Shown in pieces: positions 1 to 8,831 of a stretch of DNA of 64,000 bases. Each line of letters opens with the position of its first letter. Position 1 is the stretch's first letter. The notes beneath the pieces are model-generated. The model did no database searches and was not told the origin of the DNA. It saw nothing but the letters and a program-made list of their open reading frames with translations. Source of the stretch: Caulobacteraceae bacterium (lineage in GTDB: Bacteria > Pseudomonadota > Alphaproteobacteria > Caulobacterales > Caulobacteraceae); NCBI GenBank assembly GCA_947476555.1, contig CANJRI010000006.1, positions 1,793 to 65,792 on the forward strand. Reading direction: 5' to 3'. Position numbers and translations under genes: made by a program.

Positions 1-1586
1 AGGTAGGGATCGACGATCAGGTAGTCGATGGTCGAGAGCCCTGAGGAGTGGGGGTAGCCCAGCCAACTGGCCTGCCGCGCGGCCGGGCGGTAGGCCATCA
101 CGTCGAGCTTGTTCATGTGGGTCGATCCCCCGAGCTCGACCAGAAGATCGAGCTCGTCGTTGGCGATCGCCTGGGCCGCGTCGCGGGACGAGATGTCGGG
201 CCACCAGCGATAGGCGGTCACCTTCTGGGTGATCCAGTCCTGCATCGCGTCCTTCTCGCCCTGATTGTAGGAGTAGATGAAGACCTCGAAGCGTTCGTGA
301 TCCAGGTGCTCGAAAAGGGGCTCGGTGAAGTAGCCGACCGGATGTCGCCGCAGGTCCGAGGACATGAATCCCAGCCGGATCTTGCCGCCGGCGGCCCGAG
401 GGGGTGGCCGGACGATGGGCTGCTCGGCGGCTTTCCTCTCGACGTCACGTCCCCAGATGCGGTGAGCCTCGAGGATACTGAGCCGGTCGGCGTCCGTGCG
501 GATCTGCGGAAGCTGCTTGAGCAGGGCGGTGTGCCTGCCGCTCTCGGCGAGGGCGCGGGCGATGGTCCCGGGATCACCGAGCTCGGCCATATCCTCGAAG
601 GCGCAGACTCGGACGAGGACCTCCTGCATCACCTTGAGGTGGACGGGCGTGAACTCGGCCTTGCGGGCTAGCGCTCTGTGCGCGAGGCGCGCGGACTCTT
701 CGATGTTGGCGCCCTCGTCCCCGGCGCGGGTCCGTTCAAGGCTCTCGATCAGGGCCATGAGATAGTCGAGGTTGTCCGGAGCCAACTCGACCGCGCGCCG
801 CATGTGCACATTGGCCCGATCCCGGTCGTAGTCGCTGATCGAGGTGCCCAGTTGGTATTGCAGCCAGGCCGCATCGGGAAGGCTTGGCACGAGTTCCAGC
901 AGGTAGGCCTCGGCCCGGCGGGCCTGGCCGGCCCGGCGGACGACGATCGCCTTGGCCTCAAGGAGGCGCTCGTTGCCCGGATTCGCCTCGAGGGCCCTCT
1001 CGCAGAGCGCCTCCGCCTCCTGCGACAGGTTCTTGTCGTTCAGGTCCCCGACCATATCGAGCCAGGCGTCGATGAAATCCTTCTTGAGGGCGACCGCGCT
1101 GCGGAACCGGACCAGGGCGGCCTCCCGCTTGCCCTGCTTCTGCAAGGTGCGGCCCAGCTGCCGCTGAACCTCGGCGTTGCGGGGGTCCTGGCGGGCCAGC
1201 TTGGCGAAGTATTGCTCGGCGCGCGCGGCCGCGCCCATGTCGAGCAGCACGTTGCCGAGATTGCTCGGGGCGGCGGTGTTCTTGGGATTGACCTTGATGG
1301 CCCGCTCCAGGACGGCGGCGGCCTCGGGATAGCGTTTGAGTTTGCGGAGGATCACGCCGCGGGTGTTCAGCAGGTCGAATTCCCGTGGATGCTGCGCCAC
1401 TCCGATGGCGGAATAGACATCCCCCTCGTCGAACCGGTTTGCCTGGTAGAGTTGAACGCTGAGGACCCGATAGGCGCCCGCCGGCTGGGCCGGATTGTCG
1501 TCGATCGCGGACTTGAGCAGCTCGATGGCCTCGTCCTTGCGTCCCGCGTTCAGGGCCGCCTGCGCCGCCGCAAGCCGATCGTTCAT
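1..1586 (-). CDS. TPR-repeat protein with C-terminal GT41 (O-GlcNAc transferase/SPINDLY-like, FlmG-like) glycosyltransferase domain; runs off the window start
   Basis: Not in the ORF track because no stop lies in the window. Manual translation from ATG 1586 gives MNDRLAAAQAALNAGRKDEAIELLK..., several TPR-like units (e.g. RGVILRKLKRYPEAAAVLERAIKVNP) and GT41 motifs KIRLGFMSSDLRRHPVGYF, DLLVELGGST and QASWLGYPHSSGLSTIDY. Confidence 0.85.
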   Translation of the reverse strand, partial: MNDRLAAAQAALNAGRKDEAIELLKSAIDDNPAQPAGAYRVLSVQLYQANRFDEGDVYSAIGVAQHPREFDLLNTRGVILRKLKRYPEAAAVLERAIKVNPKNTAAPSNLGNVLLDMGAAARAEQYFAKLARQDPRNAEVQRQLGRTLQKQGKREAALVRFRSAVALKKDFIDAWLDMVGDLNDKNLSQEAEALCERALEANPGNERLLEAKAIVVRRAGQARRAEAYLLELVPSLPDAAWLQYQLGTSISDYDRDRANVHMRRAVELAPDNLDYLMALIESLERTRAGDEGANIEESARLAHRALARKAEFTPVHLKVMQEVLVRVCAFEDMAELGDPGTIARALAESGRHTALLKQLPQIRTDADRLSILEAHRIWGRDVERKAAEQPIVRPPPRAAGGKIRLGFMSSDLRRHPVGYFTEPLFEHLDHERFEVFIYSYNQGEKDAMQDWITQKVTAYRWWPDISSRDAAQAIANDELDLLVELGGSTHMNKLDVMAYRPAARQASWLGYPHSSGLSTIDYLIVDPY

Positions 1587-1655
1587 TTGGGCAACCTTCC
1601 GCCTCGGGGCCCACGCGGCCCGGCGCCAGGACTTAAGGGGCTGGCGCGGCGATGG

Positions 1656-1931
1656 CTAGTGGCCTGCGGCGCGGCGTCCGGAGAAGCGCCATTTCAGGGT
1701 GAGGAGGGTGGCCGACAGCACCAGGCAGACGATGTTGGCCACGGTCACCGGCCAGCTTGCGGTCATCACCCCGTAGGCCGTCCAGAGGGAGAAACCGGTG
1801 AAGGTGACCACGTACATCTTCAGCGAGACCGAGGTCGCATCCTTCTCGCGCCAGACCTTCACGATCTGCGGCACGAAACTGATCATCGAGCAGGCGGCCG
1901 CGGTGGTCCCGACAACCTCGGCGGCGGACAT
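1656..1931 (-). CDS. SemiSWEET / PQ-loop sugar transporter
   Basis: About 91 aa with three hydrophobic helices, SFVPQIVKVWR PQ motif and SWPVTVAN; ATG overlaps the upstream stop (TGATG). Confidence 0.85.
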   Translation of the reverse strand: MSAAEVVGTTAAACSMISFVPQIVKVWREKDATSVSLKMYVVTFTGFSLWTAYGVMTASWPVTVANIVCLVLSATLLTLKWRFSGRRAAGH

Positions 1932-2545
1932 CACGGCGGAGCGGCTTGGGTTTCCATCGGAACGCTAACGGAATGGGTCACGCCCGGTTGCGCGTCGGTG
2001 GTCGTAAGGGTCCCGCGCAACTGCTGGGTCATGAGCTGGAGGATGGTGAGGCCAAAGCCCTTGGCCGCCGCACCCATGCCGACACCGTCGTCACCGACCG
2101 AGAGCGTGAATCCCTCCGGGCCGCGCGCCAGGCTCACCGCGACCCGCCCGGTCCGGCCGTCGGGGAAGGCGTGGGCGAAGGCGTTGCCGATCATCTCCCC
2201 GGCCATGAGCGCCAACGGCGCGCCTTGCCGCGCGGGGATGATCACGGGCTCCAAGACGAGTTCCACCCCGACGCCGGCCGGCGGCGACAAATCCCGGGCA
2301 AGGTCGCGGACCAGGGCGGCGGCGTCGGTCCACTCCTGCCCCCCGCGCCGGACGAGATGGCGGCTGGCCAGGCTGACGGCGCCGATGCGCCGTCCAAGGG
2401 CCTGGAAGGCGGTGCGGGCGGCTTCGCCCTCGGCGCGGCGGGCATGCAGCCCGACGAGCGAGCTTATGAGCTGCAGGTCGTTGCGGACCCGGTGATCGGC
2501 TTCGCGCAGCAGCGGCGGCCGCTCGTCATCGTGACCCTCGGTCAT
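1931..2545 (-). CDS. HisKA_2-type histidine kinase core without a sensor domain
   Basis: H-box EADHRVRNDLQLISSL, N-box EMIGNAFAHAF, G1 VGDDGVGM, G2 GFGL; only about 15 aa precede the H-box. Confidence 0.8.
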   Translation of the reverse strand: MTEGHDDERPPLLREADHRVRNDLQLISSLVGLHARRAEGEAARTAFQALGRRIGAVSLASRHLVRRGGQEWTDAAALVRDLARDLSPPAGVGVELVLEPVIIPARQGAPLALMAGEMIGNAFAHAFPDGRTGRVAVSLARGPEGFTLSVGDDGVGMGAAAKGFGLTILQLMTQQLRGTLTTTDAQPGVTHSVSVPMETQAAPP

Positions 2546-2616
2546 GGCCCCTTCTTAGCGCAACCGCGCGGCGGGGTCTGCTTGACCGCGCCGGCCCGCC
2601 ACGCCAAAGCGGCGGC

Positions 2617-3900
2617 ATGAACATCCTCCTCGTCGGCTCGGGCGGGCGCGAACATGCCCTGGCCTGGAAGATCGCCGCCTCGCCGCTGGTGAGCCGCCTG
2701 GTGGCGGCGCCCGGCAATCCCGGGATGGCGGCGCAATGCGAGCTGCGGGACGTGAGCCCCACGGACGTGTCGGCGCTGGTCGTCCTGGCCCGCGAGATCG
2801 CCGCCGACCTGGTGGTTATCGGCCCGGAGATGAGTGTGGCGGCCGGTCTCGCCGACGCGCTGGAGGCGGCCGGGATCGCCTGCTTCGGGCCCACCGCCGC
2901 CGCCGGTCAGCTGGAATCCTCCAAGGCCTTCGCCAAGGGCTTTGCAGACCGCCACGGCCTGCCGACCGCGGCCTACCGGGTCTGCGAGACCGCCGAGGCC
3001 GCCAAGGCCGCCCTGGCCCACTTCTCGCCGCCCTATGTGGTGAAGGCGGACGGGCTGGCGGCCGGAAAGGGTGTGGTGATCGCCGAGGGCAGGGCCGAGG
3101 CCGAGGCGGCCATCGACGACGCCTTCGGGGGCCGGTTCGGCGCCTCCGGCGCCCGGGTGGTGATCGAGGAATTCCTGGAGGGCGAGATCGGCTCGCTGTT
3201 CGCCCTCTGCGACGGCAAGCACTCCACCCTGTTCGGCTGGGCCCAGGACCACAAGCGCGCCTTCGACGGCGAGCAAGGGCCCAACACCGGCGGCATGGGG
3301 ACCTATTCCCCCGCACCCGTCTTCACGGACGCCCTGGTGGAGCAGACGCGAACGCGGCTCGCCGAGCCGGCGTTCGCCGGGATCGCCGAGGAGGGCTCGC
3401 CCTATCGCGGCGTGCTGTTCGTCGAGCTGATGGCCACCCGCGACGGTCCCAAGCTGGTGGAGTTCAACGCCAGGTTCGGCGACCCGGAATGCCAGGTGCT
3501 GATGCTGCGGCTGAAGAGCGACATCGTCCCCTACCTGATGGCCTGCGCCACCGGCCGGCTGGCCGAGGCGCCGGCGCTGGAATGGACTGACGACCATGCC
3601 GCCTGCGTGGTGTTGGCCGCCAAGGGCTATCCGGACAAGCCGTTGTCGGGGACGCGCATCAGTGGCCTGGACCAGGACTTCGGACCCGACGTGGTGGTGT
3701 TCCACGCCGGCACCCGGCGCGAAGCGGACGGGAACCTGGTGGCGGCCGGCGGCCGGGTCCTGAACGTCTGCGCGCGGGGCGCTACCCTGCAGCAGGCCCG
3801 CGACCGCGCCTATGCCGCCGTCGACCGGATCGACTGGCCCGAAGGCTTCCACCGTCGGGATATCGGCTGGCGCGTCCTCGGCCCGCCGGCTAGGCCGTGA
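2617..3900 (+). CDS. purD: Phosphoribosylamine-glycine ligase
   Basis: MNILLVGSGGREHALAW, VVKADGLAAGKGV, QDHKRAFDGEQGPNTGGMG, VEFNARFGDPE. Confidence 0.97.
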   Translation: MNILLVGSGGREHALAWKIAASPLVSRLVAAPGNPGMAAQCELRDVSPTDVSALVVLAREIAADLVVIGPEMSVAAGLADALEAAGIACFGPTAAAGQLESSKAFAKGFADRHGLPTAAYRVCETAEAAKAALAHFSPPYVVKADGLAAGKGVVIAEGRAEAEAAIDDAFGGRFGASGARVVIEEFLEGEIGSLFALCDGKHSTLFGWAQDHKRAFDGEQGPNTGGMGTYSPAPVFTDALVEQTRTRLAEPAFAGIAEEGSPYRGVLFVELMATRDGPKLVEFNARFGDPECQVLMLRLKSDIVPYLMACATGRLAEAPALEWTDDHAACVVLAAKGYPDKPLSGTRISGLDQDFGPDVVVFHAGTRREADGNLVAAGGRVLNVCARGATLQQARDRAYAAVDRIDWPEGFHRRDIGWRVLGPPARP

Positions 3901-4964
3901 CCCAGGCCGCCGACCAGGCGCGCGAGGCGGCCAACACCGGCCTCAAGGCGGTGGCGGCGGCGCACCGCTTCGATGAGGCGGCCCTGGACCGGTGGATGGC
4001 GTCCCACGTGGACGGATACGCGGGCCCGCTGGAGGTGCGCCAGTTCCGCGGCGGCCAGTCCAACCCCACCTACCAGCTCACCACGCCCGGGCGGGTCTAT
4101 GTCCTGCGACGCAAGCCCCCTGGAGCGCTGCTACCCTCCGCGCACGCCGTGGACCGCGAATACCGGGTGATCTCGGCGCTGGGCGGGACAGGCTTTCCAG
4201 TGCCGCGCACTTATGGGCTTTGCACCGACCAGGCGGTGATCGGCTCCTGGTTCTACGTCATGGACAAGGTCGAGGGCCGGATACTCTGGGATCTGACGCT
4301 GCCCCGCTGCGAACCGGCCGAGCGCCGGGCCATCTACCAGGCGCAGATCGACACCCTGGCCGACCTGCACAACACCGACTACGCCGCCATCGGCCTTTCG
4401 GACTTCGGCAAGCCCGGCAACTACATGGGCCGCCAGCTGGAGCGCTGGGCCCGCCAGTACCGCGCCTCCGTCAGTCCGGACCCGGGCATGGAGCGGCTGA
4501 TCGAGGGCCTCGGCGGCACCGTGCCGGCCCAGGAACGCACCGCCATCGTCCACGGCGACTACCGGCTGGACAACCTGATCGTCCATGACACCGAGCCGCG
4601 CATCGCCGCGGTCCTGGACTGGGAGCTATCCACGCTCGGCGAGCCGCTCGCCGATTTCACCTACTTCCTGATGAGCTGGCTGACGTCGGGGATCGCCGAT
4701 ATCGCGGACCTGCGCGCCCACGGGATGCCAACCGTTGAGGAGACGGTGGAGGCCTATTGCCTTCGTACCGGCCGAACCGGCCTGCCGGCGCTGGACTGGT
4801 ACTTCGCCTACAACTGCTTCCGGCTGGCGGCGATCCTCTACGGCATCCAGGGCCGCGTGCGGGATGGCACCGCCAGCCACCCGGACGCCGAGGCCCAGGC
4901 CGCCCGTATTCCGCTTCTGGTGGACACCGCCCTGAGCTACGCCGGTCGGGCCGGGGCGATCTGA
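3897..4964 (+). CDS. APH/choline-kinase family phosphotransferase (ACAD10-kinase-like)
   Basis: GGQSNPTY, LRRKPPG, HAVDREY, IVHGDYRLDN, VLDWELSTLG; GTG overlaps the purD stop. Confidence 0.88.
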   Translation: MTQAADQAREAANTGLKAVAAAHRFDEAALDRWMASHVDGYAGPLEVRQFRGGQSNPTYQLTTPGRVYVLRRKPPGALLPSAHAVDREYRVISALGGTGFPVPRTYGLCTDQAVIGSWFYVMDKVEGRILWDLTLPRCEPAERRAIYQAQIDTLADLHNTDYAAIGLSDFGKPGNYMGRQLERWARQYRASVSPDPGMERLIEGLGGTVPAQERTAIVHGDYRLDNLIVHDTEPRIAAVLDWELSTLGEPLADFTYFLMSWLTSGIADIADLRAHGMPTVEETVEAYCLRTGRTGLPALDWYFAYNCFRLAAILYGIQGRVRDGTASHPDAEAQAARIPLLVDTALSYAGRAGAI

Positions 4965-5938
4965 GCCAGGAGGGCGTCCAGCGCCGTCAGATCCTCGAAC
5001 ACCGCTCGCACCGGCCAGGGCGTCACCCGCGCCCGCCAGTCGGCGGGCAGCCGCGCCCAGTCCTTCTCGGTGGTGACCAGCCCCGCGCCGTGGTCCGCCG
5101 CCCGCCCGGCGAGCCATTGGAGATCGCGTGCGGTGTAGGGGTGGTGATCCGGGAAGGGGGCGAAGTCCGCCAGGTCGCACCCGGCGGCCTTCAGGGCGCG
5201 CTCCACCTTCCAGGGTTTGCCGATCCCCGCGAAGCCGAGTTGGGGCCCCGAGGGCGGGGGTTCTGTGGGCTTAAGCCGGGCGATCAACAACGGAGGGCCG
5301 GCGAGGAGGCGGGTCAGTTCCGGATCGACCTGCGGCAGATCCTGCGGCAGCAGCACGATCACCGCGTCGGCGCGGGCGAGTCCGGCCTTCAGCGGCTCGC
5401 GCATGGGGCCCGCCGGGACCACGCGGCCGTCGCCGAACGGCCACTCATGCCCCCGCGTCTCGCCGTCCACCACCACCAGGGACAGGGTCTTGGCGACGGC
5501 GGGATTCTGGTGGCCATCGTCCATCACCACGACGCCGGCGCCGGCGTGGGCGGCCGCGCGGGCGCCGGCCAACCGGTCGCGGGCGACCCACACGCGAAGG
5601 TCCCGGGCCAGCATCACCGGCTCGTCGCCGACCTCGCGGGCCGTGTGCAGCGCCGGATCGACGCGCACCGGGCCTTCCAGGGTCCCGCCGTAGCCGCGCG
5701 CCAGGACATGGGCGGAGAGCCGGTGGGCGATCTCCCGGACGATCGGGGTCTTGCCGGCGCCGCCCACGGTCAGGTTGCCGACACAGATCACCGGGACGCC
5801 GGGATCGGCGGGTTCGGCGGCGGCGATCCGCCGGGCCGTCACCGCGGCCCAGATCCACGAGGCCGGCGTCAGCAACGCCCGGGTCATCGGCATGACCCGC
5901 TCACGGCTGTACCACCACTCGGGTGTCGACAGCCTCAT
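4937..5938 (-). CDS. lpxK: Tetraacyldisaccharide 4'-kinase
   Basis: VICVGNLTVGGAGKTP, RGYGG, VGDEP, MDDGHQN. Confidence 0.95.
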   Translation of the reverse strand: MRLSTPEWWYSRERVMPMTRALLTPASWIWAAVTARRIAAAEPADPGVPVICVGNLTVGGAGKTPIVREIAHRLSAHVLARGYGGTLEGPVRVDPALHTAREVGDEPVMLARDLRVWVARDRLAGARAAAHAGAGVVVMDDGHQNPAVAKTLSLVVVDGETRGHEWPFGDGRVVPAGPMREPLKAGLARADAVIVLLPQDLPQVDPELTRLLAGPPLLIARLKPTEPPPSGPQLGFAGIGKPWKVERALKAAGCDLADFAPFPDHHPYTARDLQWLAGRAADHGAGLVTTEKDWARLPADWRARVTPWPVRAVFEDLTALDALLAQIAPARPA

Positions 5939-7179
5939 GCCTGCAGCATGGGTTCGAGCACGGCCAGGGCGCCATCCAGGGCGGCGGTCTGGCCGCCGGC
6001 GTAGGCCAGGGCCGCCTCGCCCATGCGGCGGGCGATAGCGGGGTTGTCCAGGAGCCCACGAATATGTCGCGCCAGGTCCTCCGCGGGGGTCTCGATGGCG
6101 CAGGCCCGGGCCAGCATCTCGTCGTAGAGATCGCGGGCGTTGAAGGGGTGGGGACCGGTGATCACCGCCCGGCCCAGACGCGCAGCCTCCAGGGGATTAT
6201 GCCCGCCGACCCCGGGGGTGAACGCCCCACCCATCACCACCACCTCGGCGGCGCGGAAGAACAGGCCGAGCTCGCCCAGGGTGTCGGCCACATAGATCCC
6301 GCCGCCCGGCGGGTCGCCGGCGCTCCTACGGGCGGCGCGGAAGCGGGCGGTCAGCTCGGCCCCGCGCTCGGGATGGCGTGGAGCGAGGATCAGGGCCGCC
6401 TCGCGGGGGTCGGGCGCGGCCTTGCGGAAGGCCTCGACGATCAGCGCCTCCTCGCCCGGATGGGTGCTGGCGGCCAGCACCAGTTTCCGGCCGCCGAGGC
6501 TGGCGGTGAAGCGGGACAGGGCGGCTTCGTCGCAGGGCAGGGGTTCCCCAATCCGCTTGAGGTTCAGGGGTGGGCCGGTGCGGGCGCCCAGGCTGTCCAG
6601 CCGCGCCGCGCTGGCGGCGTCCTGCGGCAGCACCGCACGGAAGCTCCCCAGCAGTTCCCGGGCCGCGCCGGGCCATTTCGCCCAGCCGGCGGCGCTTTTC
6701 GCCGTCATCCGCGCCGAGGCCAGCACCAGGGGCGTCTTCCGCCTTCCGGCGGCGCGGATCAGGTTCGGCCAGAGTTCGCTCTCCACCAGCACGCCCAGGT
6801 CAGGCCGCCAGTGGCTCAGGAAGCGCCGCATCGCACCCGGCGCGTCGACGGGCAGGAACTGGTGGATCGCACCCTCAGGCAGGCGTCCGGCCAACGCCTG
6901 GGCCGAGGTGACCGTGCCGCTGGTGATCAGGAGCGTGAGGCCGGGTCGGCGGGCCCGCAGAGCCTGCGCCAGCGGCAGAAGCGAAATCACCTCGCCGACA
7001 CTGACGCCATGCAGCCAGACGAGCGGCCCTTCCGGTCGCGCGGCGCCGGGCCGGCCCAGACGCTCGGCCAGGCGGGCGGCGTCCTCCTTGCCCCGCCGGG
7101 CGCGGGATCGCAGCACCAGAGGCGCGAACGGCTCGGCGAGCGCCGTCGCGGCGCCGTAAAGGGAAAGCGCCAGGCTCAC
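5935..7179 (-). CDS. waaA: Kdo transferase
   Basis: VWLHGVSVGE, ESELWPN, ASTHPGEE, APRHPERG, GGHNPLEAA. Confidence 0.95.
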   Translation of the reverse strand: MSLALSLYGAATALAEPFAPLVLRSRARRGKEDAARLAERLGRPGAARPEGPLVWLHGVSVGEVISLLPLAQALRARRPGLTLLITSGTVTSAQALAGRLPEGAIHQFLPVDAPGAMRRFLSHWRPDLGVLVESELWPNLIRAAGRRKTPLVLASARMTAKSAAGWAKWPGAARELLGSFRAVLPQDAASAARLDSLGARTGPPLNLKRIGEPLPCDEAALSRFTASLGGRKLVLAASTHPGEEALIVEAFRKAAPDPREAALILAPRHPERGAELTARFRAARRSAGDPPGGGIYVADTLGELGLFFRAAEVVVMGGAFTPGVGGHNPLEAARLGRAVITGPHPFNARDLYDEMLARACAIETPAEDLARHIRGLLDNPAIARRMGEAALAYAGGQTAALDGALAVLEPMLQA

Positions 7180-8099
7180 ACCACCCCGGCGGGCGCGAGG
7201 CGGCAGGCGTGGGCCGTGTCGGTCTCCACCTGCAAGGTGGCGTGACCGATCTTGAAGCGGTGGGCGAGGCCCTCGCAGGTCTGGTGCAGGAAGGCGTCCG
7301 GGTCCGGGTTCCCCGGGCGCAACAGGTGGACGGTCAGCGCGGTCTCGGTGGTGGAAAGCGCCCAGACGTGCAGGTCGTGCACTTCGACGACGCCCGGCCG
7401 CTCGGCCAGCCAGCGGCGCACCGCCTCCACGTCGACGGCGCGCGGCGCCGCGTCCAGGGCCAGGTCGAGGGAATCGCGCAGCAGGCCCCAGGTGCCCGTC
7501 ACGATGACCGCGGCGATCAGCAGGGAGAGCGCAGGGTCTATCCAGAATAGGCCGGTGGCGCCCATCGCGAAGGCGCCCACCACCACCGCCAGGGAGATGG
7601 CGGCGTCGGCGGCCAGGTGCAGGAAGGCGCCCCGCACATTGAGGTCCTCCTGGCCGCGCAGGAAGAGGGCGGCGGTGACGCCGTTCACCACCACGCCTAG
7701 CCCGGCCACCAGCATGATCACGTCGCCGTCGACCGGGGCCGGTTGGGCGAAGCGCCGGAGCGCTTCGGAGGTGATGGCGCCCACCGCCAGCATCAGCATG
7801 GCGGCATTGCCCAGGGAGGCCAGGATCGTCGCCTTGCGCAGGCCATAGGTGCGCCGGCCGGACGGCGCGCGCTTCGCGAGGATCGTCGCTCCCCAGGCCA
7901 GCAGCAGCGACAGGACGTCCGAAAGATTGTGGCCGGCGTCGGCCAGCAGGGAGAGCGAGCCGATCATCAGCCCGGCGCCCGCCTCGGCCAGGACGAAGGC
8001 GGTGTTCAGAACCACGCCGATCGCGAAGGCCCGGCCCATGTCCGGCGGGGCATGGTGATGATGGTGGCCAGGGCCGTGGTCGTGGTGATGGTGGTCCAT
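7176..8099 (-). CDS. CDF-family cation (Zn/Co/Cd) efflux transporter, ZitB/CzcD-like
   Basis: His-rich N-terminus MDHHHHDHGPGHHHHH, LLADAGHNLSD, NVRGAFLHLAAD, VHDLHVWALST. Confidence 0.92.
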   Translation of the reverse strand: MDHHHHDHGPGHHHHHAPPDMGRAFAIGVVLNTAFVLAEAGAGLMIGSLSLLADAGHNLSDVLSLLLAWGATILAKRAPSGRRTYGLRKATILASLGNAAMLMLAVGAITSEALRRFAQPAPVDGDVIMLVAGLGVVVNGVTAALFLRGQEDLNVRGAFLHLAADAAISLAVVVGAFAMGATGLFWIDPALSLLIAAVIVTGTWGLLRDSLDLALDAAPRAVDVEAVRRWLAERPGVVEVHDLHVWALSTTETALTVHLLRPGNPDPDAFLHQTCEGLAHRFKIGHATLQVETDTAHACRLAPAGVV

Positions 8100-8132
8100 C
8101 GGAGCCCTATGTCCCCCGAACCGGGAGCGCGA

Positions 8133-8831
8133 TCAATCCGGCGTCAGTCCAACGAGGATCTCGGCCCGGCGGGTGGCGGCTGAGAGGCGCGCCGACCAAT
8201 CCTTGATCACCGCCTCGACGTCGGCGTCCGGCGCTACATGCAGCGGCCCGTCCCAGACCACCGCCCCTCTGGCGAAGGGCAGGGCGAACATCGCCCGGTC
8301 CCAGCTGCCGCCCGCCCTCAGGCAGGGGTTGGCCGCGAGGCCCGAGAGGAACACCGGGCAGCCGGTCCGGCGCGCGATCTGGACCATGCCGGGCTGGATC
8401 ACCTCGGCTGGCCCGCGCGGCCCGTCCGGCGGCGTGACCAAGCCGTTGCCGGCCTTCACCCAATCCACCGCCTCGCGGAGCGCGCCCACCGCCTGGCGGA
8501 TGCGGGCGGCGTCGCGGCGCTTGGCCGAAGAAGCGCGCAGGGTGGGAAACCCGTTCATCTCCAGGGCGATGGCCATGAATTCCCCGTCGGCCGAGGGCGA
8601 GACCACGCACTTGGTCTTCTTGCGCCACCAGACCGGGGCGGTGGCCAGGGCGAGCGGGATGCGGCCATGCCACATCAGCCCGATGGCGCCTGAGCCGCCG
8701 GCCAGCATCGGCTCGACGGCTTCGCGGTTCTCGTGCCGCCAGCGCACGGTCCACAACACCAGCCGCAGATAGGCGCCCAGGATCGAGCCCAGGGCGACCT
8801 GCGCCGGATGGCTGCGCAGCAGACCCTTCAA
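8133..8831 (-). CDS. DUF374 lysophospholipid acyltransferase family (LpxJ-like lipid A secondary acyltransferase)
   Basis: WHGRI, SPSADGE and PDGPRGP motifs; located inside the lipid A operon. Confidence 0.8.
   Translation of the reverse strand: MKGLLRSHPAQVALGSILGAYLRLVLWTVRWRHENREAVEPMLAGGSGAIGLMWHGRIPLALATAPVWWRKKTKCVVSPSADGEFMAIALEMNGFPTLRASSAKRRDAARIRQAVGALREAVDWVKAGNGLVTPPDGPRGPAEVIQPGMVQIARRTGCPVFLSGLAANPCLRAGGSWDRAMFALPFARGAVVWDGPLHVAPDADVEAVIKDWSARLSAATRRAEILVGLTPD

Noticed and set aside
3897-4964. APH-family gene coupled to purD as an antibiotic-resistance kinase
   Set aside because: Its motifs match the widespread ACAD10-like phosphotransferase subfamily rather than aminoglycoside APH enzymes.
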